The notes: generated by a model from the sequence alone, not told the origin. A DNA stretch of 64,000 bases from Candidatus Poribacteria bacterium (GCA_965205025.1 CBDBFU010000015.1:32001-96000); one strand, 5' to 3'. Shown: positions 24,993-35,404, counted from the first letter of the stretch. A program made the numbers and translations.

Positions 24993-25382
24993 TGCAATGA
25001 TCCGTCCTATTTGTCAAGGTGTGAGGATTACAATAAAAGGAACATAACGTAATATACTATTAGGTTTATATGAGATGAACTATTTTTATAAATATGATGC
25101 TTTTTGTATTAATACAATTCCTTAGATTGTTTATATCCTAAGGTGTTCTTGGAAAGAAGTTTCTATTGGCAATACAGAATGAATGTCTTTAATTTAATAT
25201 AAAAGTAATGTCATAAGGTCCATGACAATCAATATATTAGTAGTTAAGGGTCAAATTATTTGATAAGAATAATAGGTTTATCTTATTAGATAGTGTAGAG
25301 AAAATTTGAGAGTTGTTATCCAATTTTCTTTCAGAGCAATTTCAATCAGTATTGCATAGTAGAGGAATTTTGTCAAGTGATA

Positions 25383-25409
25383 TTGAAATGTTGAAATGTT
25401 GAAATGTTG
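25383..25409. repeat. 8-bp tandem repeat (TTGAAATG)x3.4
   Basis: ttgaaatg ttgaaatg ttgaaatg ttg. Confidence 0.8.
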
Positions 25410-25455
25410 GGTGTGTAAATTAATTGTCACCTTATGTGTCAATTTAGTGAGATAA

Positions 25456-25677
25456 CGAGTTGTGCTAAATAACTTTTAGCAACCAATAATTTCACATATA
25501 TAATAGTTGATATGAATATCCTACATTAGTTAAGACTTTCTTTAGTCCCGTAGGGACGGAATGTCTATAGAAAACGTGTTTGACCACTATCTTGAGTCCC
25601 GTAGGGACGGAATGTCTATAGTAAAAAACCAAAATCCGTAAAAACAACAAATACATTTAGTTAACTGGCACAAGTCG
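25456..25677. mobile_element. MITE-like element D (222 bp) with an 8-bp TSD and two 27-bp hairpin repeats
   Basis: TSD TGAGATAA (25448-25455, 25678-25685). TIRs CGAGTTGTGCTAAATAACT / AGTTAACTGGCACAAGTCG (15/19). AGTCCCGTAGGGACGGAATGTCTATAG occurs at 25544-25570 and 25595-25621. Confidence 0.8.
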
Positions 25678-25838
25678 TGAGATAAGTTTATTTTTATGTT
25701 AGTTTGAGTTGTCTGAATCACGGATTTCACGGATTACGCGGATAAGAGTGTTGGATATTCAGTTTCACCGTGAATTAGAATTGTCCAAACTATTGTAATT
25801 AATAGATAGAATAGACATGTGTTCTGCAGGAAGGAAGA

Positions 25839-27206
25839 TTACCTTGTTAGATTGATTGCTTTATTGAATTTCTGTTTAGCGAATTGTCCCCATTCTTTGA
25901 TTTTATCATTACGGAAAATAGGATTTTTCCAATCTGATTGGGCAATTTTCATTGCCTCCTCTTCCGTGAGAGGCATTTCGACTAAGGCATTAATTGCAGC
26001 TTCTCGTTTAGTGTTGTCTTTACATTTTTGTATTGTTTTCCATGCTGCAACAAGATCCTTATGAGAATCAATAATTAATACTCCGAATAGGTCATTAACT
26101 ATATCCCAACGTGTGCTTCCCTTGTTTGCGTTATAAGGAAAAGGTTTAATTTTCAGGGCAAAGGGATTAGTGACAACACATCGATCCCCTAATTTTTCAT
26201 ATAGTGCCGGTAGTATACTTGCTCGGTTCAATCCACCTTTCCACTGTGGTCCTTCTGGATCGGTATCCCTTAACATCCATAATTTCTGTGCATTTTCTGA
26301 TAGAACAAATTCAATAAACTTTTGAGCTACTTCAATATTCGGTGCTCCTTTTAATATTGCAATGGAATCAGGATTTACGACTGCCCCATCGGATGGTAGA
26401 ACATACTTTATTATATCTGATCCAACAGCAGCAATTTGGCTGTAGGCATAAAAGTCAATAGCTAATCCATAAATGACTTGCCCAGCCGCGACATCTCTTG
26501 GAATGACATTTGCTCCAGCGGAGAAATTCTTTACGTTACCACCAAGTCGTGTTAATAATGCAAAACCATTATCCCATCCGCGTGTCTGCAGAATAATCTC
26601 GTACATCATATGTGCACTTCCACTCTCTCGTGGGTCTGCTGCACCAATTTTACCAATTAGTGCTATATCTCCTAAGTCATCCCATGTTTTCGTTTCAGGT
26701 AAACGTCTTAATTGCCGTAATTTCTCATTATACATGATCCCAAAACTTGACAATGCAGCACCATACCAATGGTATTCAGAATCATAGACAGGAATCCCAT
26801 GGTATGATTGAGGAATCTGTTCTAATTGTGTATTTGGTAATTTGTAAGAAGATAATAGATTATTTTCTGCTAATCTTAAATAACTGTCAGTGCCGCCACC
26901 GAAAAAAATATCAACCCCAATCCCGTCAGGTAATCTTTTAAACTCAGAGTCTATATATCGATAATTGGATGAAGTACCGCCAAGGTCTCTCCAATTTGTT
27001 TTCACAGGACGTCCAGTTTGCTCTTCATACCATTTCTCAAAATTAGTTGCAAATTCGTTCTCAATACCTTCATGATGTGGTGAAATTATTATAAGTTGAT
27101 CCTGTGCATATACGGTACCAAGTAGGGTTGAGTATCCTAATAATAAGCCACAAGAAATGGTTAAAATTGTTTTTATTGTATACCGTATAAGATGAAGATT
27201 TCCCAT
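25839..27206 (-). CDS. ABC transporter substrate-binding protein (AfuA/SBP_bac_6-like)
   Basis: Signal sequence, IISPH, DIFFGGG, ADPRESGS and AILKGAPNIEVAQKFIEFVLS. Confidence 0.85.
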   Translation of the reverse strand: MGNLHLIRYTIKTILTISCGLLLGYSTLLGTVYAQDQLIIISPHHEGIENEFATNFEKWYEEQTGRPVKTNWRDLGGTSSNYRYIDSEFKRLPDGIGVDIFFGGGTDSYLRLAENNLLSSYKLPNTQLEQIPQSYHGIPVYDSEYHWYGAALSSFGIMYNEKLRQLRRLPETKTWDDLGDIALIGKIGAADPRESGSAHMMYEIILQTRGWDNGFALLTRLGGNVKNFSAGANVIPRDVAAGQVIYGLAIDFYAYSQIAAVGSDIIKYVLPSDGAVVNPDSIAILKGAPNIEVAQKFIEFVLSENAQKLWMLRDTDPEGPQWKGGLNRASILPALYEKLGDRCVVTNPFALKIKPFPYNANKGSTRWDIVNDLFGVLIIDSHKDLVAAWKTIQKCKDNTKREAAINALVEMPLTEEEAMKIAQSDWKNPIFRNDKIKEWGQFAKQKFNKAINLTR

Positions 27207-27441
27207 TTAATGTTTTTCTCCTATATTATAATCCATAGGTCTTAATCAAATAATCATTCGCATATCTAAGTCTTAAATGAATGCTACGATATCCCGCATT
27301 TTCCATACTAATATTATGATGACTACAAGTAGAATTATATAAAAGACTAACATAGATTTAATCTGTTTTCTTTTGAAGAGCATACGTGATGGTTTCTTCT
27401 GTCGCATTATCACTACCTATAAGTATCATTGGAATATTATG

Positions 27442-27580
27442 AGTCTATCTCATAAATCACATAATTTGATAGTTCTTTAATCTTACCATGTACTTTATAT
27501 TGAAACCACAGACGGGGAGACCCCGTCCCTACGAAGAGTAATTATATCGTTGTGAATGATTCATATTTATGAGATACACT
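27442..27580. mobile_element. MITE-like element E carrying a REP-like hairpin
   Basis: TIRs AGTCTATCTCATAAAT / ATTTATGAGATACACT (15/16) and an internal GACGGGGAGACCCCGTCCCTAC (about 27511-27532). Confidence 0.7.
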
Positions 27581-27740
27581 ATAGATAAATAATGTGCCAT
27601 GATAGCACACACAATCATGAGTTGTCAAACCTATTGGGTGTATAACCACTTTTAATGTATTTAATTTCAATTTACTGTATACTGTTACAAATCAAGGTTA
27701 AAATTGTGATTATCACAAATTACCAAACGAGAGGTGTCAT

Positions 27741-28637
27741 ATGATAAGACTATACACTTGGAAACATCTTGCAATTGCAGTAATTTTGACCTTTGCATTA
27801 TGTATGGGTATCTTGTCCTTAAGTAAATGGGATGTCAATAGATTTACAAATTCATTAGAAAAGGTAGATCCGAATTCATTAAACCAACATGAACGAATTA
27901 GTAATCAACCTAAAGACAATCCTAAGGATAATCCTATACTTACGAATACGACAGAAAGAATAGAGGAATCTGAAACAGTTGATTTCGATGAAAGTAATAC
28001 TGAATCTGAAGAGATAGTTAATGAGACTTTAGAGGATGATTTATTTGATGAAACTTCCAATAATCTGGAAGATCAAGAAGCTGCGTTTGATGAATTCTTG
28101 GCTTATCTTGATGAACTTGAACAGAAGGAATTTGACGCACTTCTTGAGAATCTTGAAATTGCAGATGTTGGTGAAAAAGGAGTAAATACAGAGACAGAGG
28201 AAGAATCGGAAGAGTTAGGAGCTGTAGTAGATCAAGAATCTGAAGAAGAACAAGAAGAAGTGGATGATGATATTGAAGACGTTAATCCAAGTAGAATGGT
28301 TGTTGATATGATCGAATCTGGTGTTGCCTCCCTTGACAGTCTAATTTACCTTATGGAAGAATCTTCAGAAAGTATGCCAGAAGTAGTTAGAGATAGGTTT
28401 GAACCTGTATTAGGAACACTTCGCATTATGCAGGAGAATGGTGGTCGTGTTGTAGTTCACCGTCCATCCCAGGATCCAAGTGACTGGATGTTATTATTTA
28501 TCAATCCAAGTCGTACTTCCCGTTCTCCAAGATTTCCAATTAGATCACGTGGGGATGGTAGGGTTGAGTTTGTTCCAGTTAACCCAAGAGATAGATATAT
28601 TATAATTGATGAAAGAAATTCTACTATTATTGATTAG
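27741..28637 (+). CDS. Hypothetical acidic protein with an N-terminal TM anchor
   Basis: 298-aa ORF with a GAGAGG RBS, an N-terminal hydrophobic helix and a long E/D-rich middle. Confidence 0.7.
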   Translation: MIRLYTWKHLAIAVILTFALCMGILSLSKWDVNRFTNSLEKVDPNSLNQHERISNQPKDNPKDNPILTNTTERIEESETVDFDESNTESEEIVNETLEDDLFDETSNNLEDQEAAFDEFLAYLDELEQKEFDALLENLEIADVGEKGVNTETEEESEELGAVVDQESEEEQEEVDDDIEDVNPSRMVVDMIESGVASLDSLIYLMEESSESMPEVVRDRFEPVLGTLRIMQENGGRVVVHRPSQDPSDWMLLFINPSRTSRSPRFPIRSRGDGRVEFVPVNPRDRYIIIDERNSTIID

Positions 28638-28756
28638 CAATCATAAAATGGTAAATAGGGATCTCGTATTTGTTCTTGAGTCTACAATGTAGGTTTCTAA
28701 TGTAACACTATAATCCCACCAATTACACTTAACTTTAAGAGAGAATACTATTTATA

Positions 28757-30784
28757 ATGGAACTTGGAAAAACCTTCACCAATTCAATTGGTATGCAGTT
28801 CGCAAAAGTAGAAGCGGGTAGCTTCATGATGGGTTCAGAAAAAGCTAACCTACCCGATGAAATTATAGCAGAGAAAGAATACCTGCGTGATGGGGATTGG
28901 GATGAAAACCCAGTACACGAAGTAACAATCAGCAAACCTTTTTATGTTGGTATCTATCAGGTAACTAACCTTCAATATGAGGAATTCCAACTTGAACACA
29001 GAGATATACGAGGAAAGTTTGGATTCTCTAAGGAAGATGATGAAGCAGTGGTATTTGTAGATTGGAATGATGCCCATAATTTCTGCAAATGGTTATCTGA
29101 AAAAGAGGGTAAATCCTACCGATTACCTACAGAAGCGGAATGGGAGTATGTATGTAGAGCAGGAACAACCACTCATTTTCATACAGGAGATACATTACCG
29201 ATAGAGTTTCATAAGAACATAGGTGAGAGTTGGTATCCTGATAATGCACGTAGTCGTGGGGCAGAGGAAATTATGCCATTGCATGTAGGGAAGACAACAC
29301 CTAATGCTTGGGGTATATATGACATGCATGGAAATGTTGAAGAATGGTGTCAAGATTGGTACGGACCGTATGAATCAGAGTCTCAAGTAGATCCGGTTGG
29401 TCGAGATGAAGGTCTATATCGTGTTACTCGTGGAGGTAGTCATTCAACATTGATCTGTTATTTACGTTCTGCAAATCGGATGGGTGCAGTACCGGAAGAT
29501 AAAAGTTGGTATATTGGTTTTAGGGTAGTCTGTGGAGAGATGTCTGAGACCTCAACCACCTTGTCAGCTACAAGAGTAGGTTCATGGGGATTAAACGTAA
29601 AACAGGAGGATGTTACGACGAACACCACTCAGAATGATCCAGATATACCGTATTTTGAAGAGCCAATTCCATTTGTAAGAATTCCTGATGGTTCTAATGG
29701 ACCGCTTTTTTCATCCCATAACCATGTACCTGCAATTGTTGAGTGTCCTAATGGAGATATGTTTGCAGCCTGGTATTCATGTGTAACTGAACGTGGTCGG
29801 GAGTTAACATTGGCAGCGAGTCGTTTACGTCATGGTGAATCTGAATGGGAGGAAGCAGAACCGTTTTGGGGTCCACCGGATAGAAACAATCATGCAACCT
29901 CGCTTTGGCGTAATGAGAAGGGACGTATCTATCATTTTAATGGTCTTTCAGCCGCAGCGACATGGGGACCTTTAGCACTAATTATGCGGTATTCAGATGA
30001 TAATTGTGCTACTTGGTCAAAACCACGGTTTATCTCTCCAGAGCATCAACTACGTCATATGCCTATTGCTTCTGTTTTTCGTAGACAGGACGGTTCGGTA
30101 CTACTTGCTTGTGATGCAGTAACAGGTGGAAATGGGGGTACTGCCATTTGGATTAGTGAAGATGATGGCGAAACTTGGCATGATCCAGGTGCAGGACAAC
30201 CTATACCCGATTTTGCTGCTGGTAATAGTGGGGGATGGATTGCAGGAATCCATGCAGCTGTTGTGGAATTATCGGATGGACGACTGATGGCGTTTGGTAG
30301 GGGTGATACGATAGATGAAAGGATGCCTAAAAGTATATCTGATGATGGTGGGAAAACATGGCAATACAGTGCAAGTCAATTTCCACCTGTATCTGGTGGT
30401 CAGAGATGTGCATTTTTGAGGTTACAGGAAGGTCCGATCTTACTCATTAGTTTTACAGGGAGTAGAAAAACTCCTGAAAGCATGCCTATAGTTGATGAAT
30501 CTGGAAATGAACGACTTGTGATAGGTATGTTTAGTGCTCTTTCTTATGATGATGGAGATACTTGGTCTCATATTCGTCTCATTACGGACGATGGACCTGA
30601 CCGAGAAATTGAAACTATGGATGGCCGTCCATTTGTTATGGGTCTTAATACTGCTGAACCGGGTGGGTATCTCGCTATGTGTCAAGGACAAAATGGAATC
30701 ATTCACTTAATTAGTAGTAAACAGCATTACCGTTTTAACTATGCTTGGTTAACAGAATCACCACCATCTAAAGTGAGGAAATAA
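28757..30784 (+). CDS. FGE-sulfatase (SUMF1-like) domain fused to a sialidase-like BNR propeller
   Basis: GSFMMGS, RLPTEAEWEY, NAWGIYDMHGNVEEW, RGGS and GFRV, followed by Asp-boxes SDDNCATW, SEDDGETW, SDDGGKTW and SYDDGDTW. Confidence 0.88.
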   Translation: MELGKTFTNSIGMQFAKVEAGSFMMGSEKANLPDEIIAEKEYLRDGDWDENPVHEVTISKPFYVGIYQVTNLQYEEFQLEHRDIRGKFGFSKEDDEAVVFVDWNDAHNFCKWLSEKEGKSYRLPTEAEWEYVCRAGTTTHFHTGDTLPIEFHKNIGESWYPDNARSRGAEEIMPLHVGKTTPNAWGIYDMHGNVEEWCQDWYGPYESESQVDPVGRDEGLYRVTRGGSHSTLICYLRSANRMGAVPEDKSWYIGFRVVCGEMSETSTTLSATRVGSWGLNVKQEDVTTNTTQNDPDIPYFEEPIPFVRIPDGSNGPLFSSHNHVPAIVECPNGDMFAAWYSCVTERGRELTLAASRLRHGESEWEEAEPFWGPPDRNNHATSLWRNEKGRIYHFNGLSAAATWGPLALIMRYSDDNCATWSKPRFISPEHQLRHMPIASVFRRQDGSVLLACDAVTGGNGGTAIWISEDDGETWHDPGAGQPIPDFAAGNSGGWIAGIHAAVVELSDGRLMAFGRGDTIDERMPKSISDDGGKTWQYSASQFPPVSGGQRCAFLRLQEGPILLISFTGSRKTPESMPIVDESGNERLVIGMFSALSYDDGDTWSHIRLITDDGPDREIETMDGRPFVMGLNTAEPGGYLAMCQGQNGIIHLISSKQHYRFNYAWLTESPPSKVRK

Positions 30785-30785
30785 T

Positions 30786-31676
30786 ATGAAACTTCCTTTT
30801 TTGGAACAGGAAATAGATGTAGGAACAGATTTACGAGAGAGTAATGACATCTTGCATAATCCTTTGGCATTGAAGGAAAGGATGTATGAAGATGGTTACC
30901 TCTTAATTCGAGAATTACATGATAAGGATGAAGTTCTTGCAGCCCGTAAGGTAATATTAGAAAAATTAGATAGTAAAGGGATGCTTCTACCTGATGCACC
31001 ACTAATGGATGGTATTTACAATCCTGAATATCCTGAACCAACTTCCACAGGTTCCATGGGGAATAAACATCTCACGAAACTACCTGAATTCAAAGCAGTG
31101 GTTGAGGGTGAACCTGTAATAAGTTTTTTTAAAGATTTTCTTGGAGGGGAAGCACGTACCTTTGATTTTAAGTGGTTACGTACTGCTGGTCCAGGTTCAG
31201 GTTCTCATATACATTATGACATAGTATTTATGGGAAGGGGTACACAAGATTTATATAGTTGTTGGACTCCTTTCGGTGATGTTTCGTTGGATATGGGACC
31301 GATAGTGTTTTGTCTCGGATCTAATCGATTTGACAAGGTTAGAAAGACGTATGGTCAATCTGATGTTGACCGTGACCTAATTGAGGGTCATTTTAGTCAT
31401 AAACCCCTTGAAGTAATAGAGAATTTCGGAGGGTATTGGGCTACAACATCATTTTCTGCTGGTGATGTCATTATCTTTAGCATGTTTTTGATGCATGCTT
31501 CACTGGTTAACACTTCAGATAAAATAAGGATTACAGCGGATACACGTTATCAACTGGCATCTGAACCAATTGACGAACGATGGATTGGAGAGAATCCAAA
31601 GGGTCACTATTCTTGGAAACAGAAGGATGCGAAAATTGAGCCATTAGAAGAATCCCGACGAAGATGGGGTATATAA
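30786..31676 (+). CDS. PhyH-family Fe(II)/2OG dioxygenase
   Basis: HYD, WTPFGDV, AGDVIIFSMFLMHAS and RITADTRY. Confidence 0.88.
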   Translation: MKLPFLEQEIDVGTDLRESNDILHNPLALKERMYEDGYLLIRELHDKDEVLAARKVILEKLDSKGMLLPDAPLMDGIYNPEYPEPTSTGSMGNKHLTKLPEFKAVVEGEPVISFFKDFLGGEARTFDFKWLRTAGPGSGSHIHYDIVFMGRGTQDLYSCWTPFGDVSLDMGPIVFCLGSNRFDKVRKTYGQSDVDRDLIEGHFSHKPLEVIENFGGYWATTSFSAGDVIIFSMFLMHASLVNTSDKIRITADTRYQLASEPIDERWIGENPKGHYSWKQKDAKIEPLEESRRRWGI

Positions 31677-31870
31677 TTGAGTGAATGTAAGGATAGTCGT
31701 TGTGAATGATAATGCAGATGAAGACGAGATTGAACTTCTTGAGCAAGCAGATATTGTGGTATTAGAAGATTGCCTAAGCATATATAGATGAGTTTTACCG
31801 TCTGAAGTGGACCTTTCTCCAAGAGATAATAAAGATATTGTTGTAGATAACAGAATTATAGTATTTACCG

Positions 31871-32986
31871 ATGGTTCTCTTCCATCCGAACAAATTTATG
31901 AATCAAGATCCAAATTTTAGTGAATCTGCTGCACCATCGAAATCACGGAAATCACGAATTGTTCCTTTCTGCGTATTAATAATTATTGCCGTGGCAATAG
32001 GGTTCGGTATAAGACATTATAGGAACATACCGCAGACACTGACTGAACCTGCTACTTGGCAGGTGTATTTTAGCGATGTGGTTAATGGTAATAGTGCAAA
32101 TTCATTAGAAAATAGACTTTTGGAAAAGCTTGGAATTGCATCTAAACGTATTGATGCCGCGTTGTATGATCTTGACTCTCAACCTATAGCAGATGCATTG
32201 ATCATGGCACATCAACGTAATGTAAAAGTGCGAATCTTTGCAGAAAACAACAATGTTGATGAGGAGGAATTTAAACGGCTTAAAGAATCAGGAATTCCTG
32301 TCTTAGATGATGGTGATAATGATGGATTGATGCATCATAAATTTTTTGTAATTGATGGACGTTATGTTTGGACAGGTTCGTACAATCCTACTTATAGGGG
32401 AGGAAATAAGAATAACAATAACGTTGTTTGGATAGATTCACCGGCACTGGCTACAAATTTCACGCAAGAGTTTCGTGAATTGTTTGTATTAGCAGAATAT
32501 GACCGTTCTGCAGATCCGAATGTTCCCTTTCCTCGAATTACTCTTAGCGACGGGACACAAATTACCACTTACTTTGCCCCTGAAAATGATACTATTTCTC
32601 CACTATTGAAAGAAATTAAAGCGGCAGAAGAATCTATTCATTTCATGGCATTTTCATTCACTCATGACCAATTGGGTGATGCGATGCGAAAACAGTTCAG
32701 ATCTGGGATTTCAGTGAATGGAGTTTTTAGTGCTAAACAACATAAGACTGATGGAAGATACTCAGAATATGGTGGTATGAAAAAGGCAGGATTGTCTGTT
32801 AAATTAGATAATGAACCTGGAACTATGCATCACAAGGTAATAATTATTGATGAAGAAACAGTGATTACCGGTTCATATAACTTCTCAAAAAATGCTGAGT
32901 CACGAAATAGTGAAAACTTGCTAATTATCAAAGGTAACAAGGAAATTGCTCGCGCATACTTAAATGAGTTTAACCGATTAAAATAG
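31871..32986 (+). CDS. Phospholipase D-superfamily protein with two HKD motifs (nuclease or phospholipase)
   Basis: MHHKFFVIDG...TGSYN and MHHKVIIIDE...TGSYN, with an N-terminal TM helix. Confidence 0.9.
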   Translation: MVLFHPNKFMNQDPNFSESAAPSKSRKSRIVPFCVLIIIAVAIGFGIRHYRNIPQTLTEPATWQVYFSDVVNGNSANSLENRLLEKLGIASKRIDAALYDLDSQPIADALIMAHQRNVKVRIFAENNNVDEEEFKRLKESGIPVLDDGDNDGLMHHKFFVIDGRYVWTGSYNPTYRGGNKNNNNVVWIDSPALATNFTQEFRELFVLAEYDRSADPNVPFPRITLSDGTQITTYFAPENDTISPLLKEIKAAEESIHFMAFSFTHDQLGDAMRKQFRSGISVNGVFSAKQHKTDGRYSEYGGMKKAGLSVKLDNEPGTMHHKVIIIDEETVITGSYNFSKNAESRNSENLLIIKGNKEIARAYLNEFNRLK

Positions 32987-33046
32987 TAAGATTAGAAAAG
33001 GTAGCAATTATTCTGGTGAGTTTTGGATAGTAAAATATACCTACTT

Positions 33047-34117
33047 TCAGTCTTGTCTTTCGCCAAGTTTAACCGTATGACTCTGAACCTGTCCATCTCT
33101 ACGGATTTTAAGAGTAATATTTGTACTTGGAGATGTAGTTCCCACTCTTCTAAGAAGTTCGAAGTAATGTCTGATTGGATCATTATTAAATTCAAGAATA
33201 ATATCTTCAGGTAAGAGTCCACTCTTATGTGCAGGACTGTCTTGAACTACTCGTGTAATGAAAACACCAAAATCACTTGTTTCGATGTCAACCCCCAGCC
33301 ATCCTCTGGAAACTTTACCATTCTTTATTATTTCATCTGCAACTGATTTGACTGTTTCAATTGGTAATGCCAAAGTTATTTCATGTGTTTTCATTAACTG
33401 AATAGGTGGTTGTAGTAACCCCATGTCAGTTTGTTCAGTAAGAATAGCCAGTATCATTCCGACCACTTCCCCGGATGTATTTATAACTGCTCCTCCACTA
33501 TTGCCAGGTGAAATTGGTGCGTTAATCTTAATTAATTCATCACAGGGGAGTTCAGGCAAGAATTCACAGCCACTTACGATTCCAAACGAAACAATTGGAT
33601 GATCTCCATGTGAACTTCCGATTGTAAAAACAAATGAGCCAATATCTAATTGTGTGGAATCCCCTTGTTTTACTATATTTGACAATTCATCATCAACTTT
33701 TAATACGAGAATATCAGTTAATTCATCTATTCCAATGACTTTGGCGGTTGTCTTTTGATCATTATGAAAAACCACCTCAATCTTGTTTGGTGAAAAACTG
33801 AATGTTGTTGTAGCAATGTATCCATTCTTATTTAATAGTAAACCGGAACTAATATCCTGTTGAAGCAAAGTAATATTTCCAACATTCGATTGCAATCTGT
33901 TTCTGGAATTACGAGTTGCTAATACTTTAACAACAGCGGGCCGTGCGGTATTTATAACCTTTTTGAATTCCTTTTCAAACAGTTGTAGGATATTATCTTT
34001 CGCTTCAGTTGGTAATACAGAGATAAAAAGAAACAGAAAGATATACATGAATGTATGAAAAACATGGTTATTTCTTCGGTTAGTCTTGTAGGGATGTATG
34101 TTTTGATTATCAAACAT
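33047..34117 (-). CDS. HtrA/DegS-like trypsin-PDZ protein
   Basis: PAVVKV, TDILVLKV, ISPGNSGG and a PDZ domain (RGWLGV...SPAHKSGL). The catalytic His is not seen. Confidence 0.85.
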   Translation of the reverse strand: MFDNQNIHPYKTNRRNNHVFHTFMYIFLFLFISVLPTEAKDNILQLFEKEFKKVINTARPAVVKVLATRNSRNRLQSNVGNITLLQQDISSGLLLNKNGYIATTTFSFSPNKIEVVFHNDQKTTAKVIGIDELTDILVLKVDDELSNIVKQGDSTQLDIGSFVFTIGSSHGDHPIVSFGIVSGCEFLPELPCDELIKINAPISPGNSGGAVINTSGEVVGMILAILTEQTDMGLLQPPIQLMKTHEITLALPIETVKSVADEIIKNGKVSRGWLGVDIETSDFGVFITRVVQDSPAHKSGLLPEDIILEFNNDPIRHYFELLRRVGTTSPSTNITLKIRRDGQVQSHTVKLGERQD

Positions 34118-34152
34118 GTCTATTCCTCATCCAATAAATTCAAAGTAGTATA

Positions 34153-34746
34153 CTATAATCCGCCACCTGTCACAGGCGTGGAATAACTGACTTGCTTAAG
34201 GACATACCTTCGTTGCATTGGTTTACCAGATACAGAGTTTGAAAAAATTGAGGAACCAATTCCTGAATGATTAAGGTTGCTCCGCAGAGTTGGTGTATTT
34301 GTTGTATGTCTTGAACGTTCAACGACGACTGAGGACGACTTATCTTCTCCCATTTGAGTTGTTTGGGTTAAGGTATCCAACTGTGTATCATCATCATTTC
34401 CTACATTGAATTGATATAAGAATGTACCTGTGATGACCATGAACATAACCAATCCACTACTGAGTGCCCATTTAGGTGTACCAAATTGAGTGCGTAATCG
34501 TTGCCAGAATGAAAGTCTTGCGGGTTGTTCTTGGTTCAGTTGTTGTTGTAGTGTAGTCAAGAAAGTAGGTGAGGGTTGGTCCTGTGGTAGTTGTTGTAAC
34601 TCAGAAACAGATTCGCGGAAGAGTTCGTATTCCTTCTGACACGCATCACAATTGTCAAGATGTTCATCAAAGGCTTGTAAAGTATGGTAATCCAGCGTAT
34701 CTTCGAAATATGAAGAGAAGTTTTCCTCAATCTGTAGGCAGTTCAT
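34153..34746 (-). CDS. zf-HC2 anti-sigma factor
   Basis: HLDNCDAC (HxxxCxxC) plus a single TM helix; translationally coupled to the sigma gene. Confidence 0.88.
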   Translation of the reverse strand: MNCLQIEENFSSYFEDTLDYHTLQAFDEHLDNCDACQKEYELFRESVSELQQLPQDQPSPTFLTTLQQQLNQEQPARLSFWQRLRTQFGTPKWALSSGLVMFMVITGTFLYQFNVGNDDDTQLDTLTQTTQMGEDKSSSVVVERSRHTTNTPTLRSNLNHSGIGSSIFSNSVSGKPMQRRYVLKQVSYSTPVTGGGL

Positions 34747-35351
34747 ATTGTCTCCATGTATGGCTTAAGTTTGTTTTTTAACATTATTCTTGCTCGATTG
34801 ATTCGAGATTTTGTAGTTCCACTTCGTAGTTCAAGTATTTTTCCGATCTCATCATAACTTAACCCCTGAACATCTCTTAGGATAAGCGGATATCTATATT
34901 GTTCTGGTAGTTCAGCAATAGCATTTTGGATGATATGGCGTAGTTCCTTTCGTTCAATCGCCACATCAGGTTGTAATGCAGTATCTGCAGGTGCAGTTGC
35001 GATGAGATCAATTTCTTCTTCATTTTCCCTATTATCGTTATTGTTTGAGGTGACATTATCAACACGAAATCTATCGCGTCGGGCTCTATTCCTTATATCA
35101 TTTTTACATAGATTCTTTGCAATAAAATACATCCAAGTTTTAAACTGTGCACGGCCAGGTTTGTATCGATCAGCGGCTTTATACATTCGGATAAAGGTTT
35201 CTTGTGCCAAGTCTTCAGCGTTATCTCTATCACCTGTGAACTTTGCAATGAAGTTAATTAGTGGTTGTTGATGTCGGCGTACCAAAAGTGTGAATGCATT
35301 TTCATCCCCTTTTTGGAACTGCTGCATTAGCTGATCATCTAATTCTGGCAT
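34743..35351 (-). CDS. ECF RNA polymerase sigma factor (RpoE/SigW-like)
   Basis: AEDLAQETFIR, FKTWMYFIA and SYDEIGKIL...GTTKSRINRAR. Start placed at MPELDD behind GGAGGG. Confidence 0.92.
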   Translation of the reverse strand: MPELDDQLMQQFQKGDENAFTLLVRRHQQPLINFIAKFTGDRDNAEDLAQETFIRMYKAADRYKPGRAQFKTWMYFIAKNLCKNDIRNRARRDRFRVDNVTSNNNDNRENEEEIDLIATAPADTALQPDVAIERKELRHIIQNAIAELPEQYRYPLILRDVQGLSYDEIGKILELRSGTTKSRINRARIMLKNKLKPYMETI

Positions 35352-35375
35352 CTGACCCTCCAAAGGTACATCCTT

Positions 35376-35404
35376 ATATACACCGAAATTTGTATTGGGT
35401 TCCA
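35376..35404 (-). promoter_or_regulatory. Candidate ECF autoregulatory promoter
   Basis: The minus strand reads GGAACC-N16-GTATA just upstream of the sigma RBS. Confidence 0.45.

Noticed and set aside
25544-25621. CRISPR-like repeat-spacer-repeat (also 20377-20444 and 49907-49977)
   Set aside because: There are only two units per locus, the spacers are short (12-24 bp), no cas genes are present, and the units are GTAG hairpins, two of the three loci lying inside element D. A REP-like interpretation fits better.
25717-25743. Short degenerate CACGGATT tandem
   Set aside because: Only two to three imperfect units and no associated ORF; too weak to call a feature.
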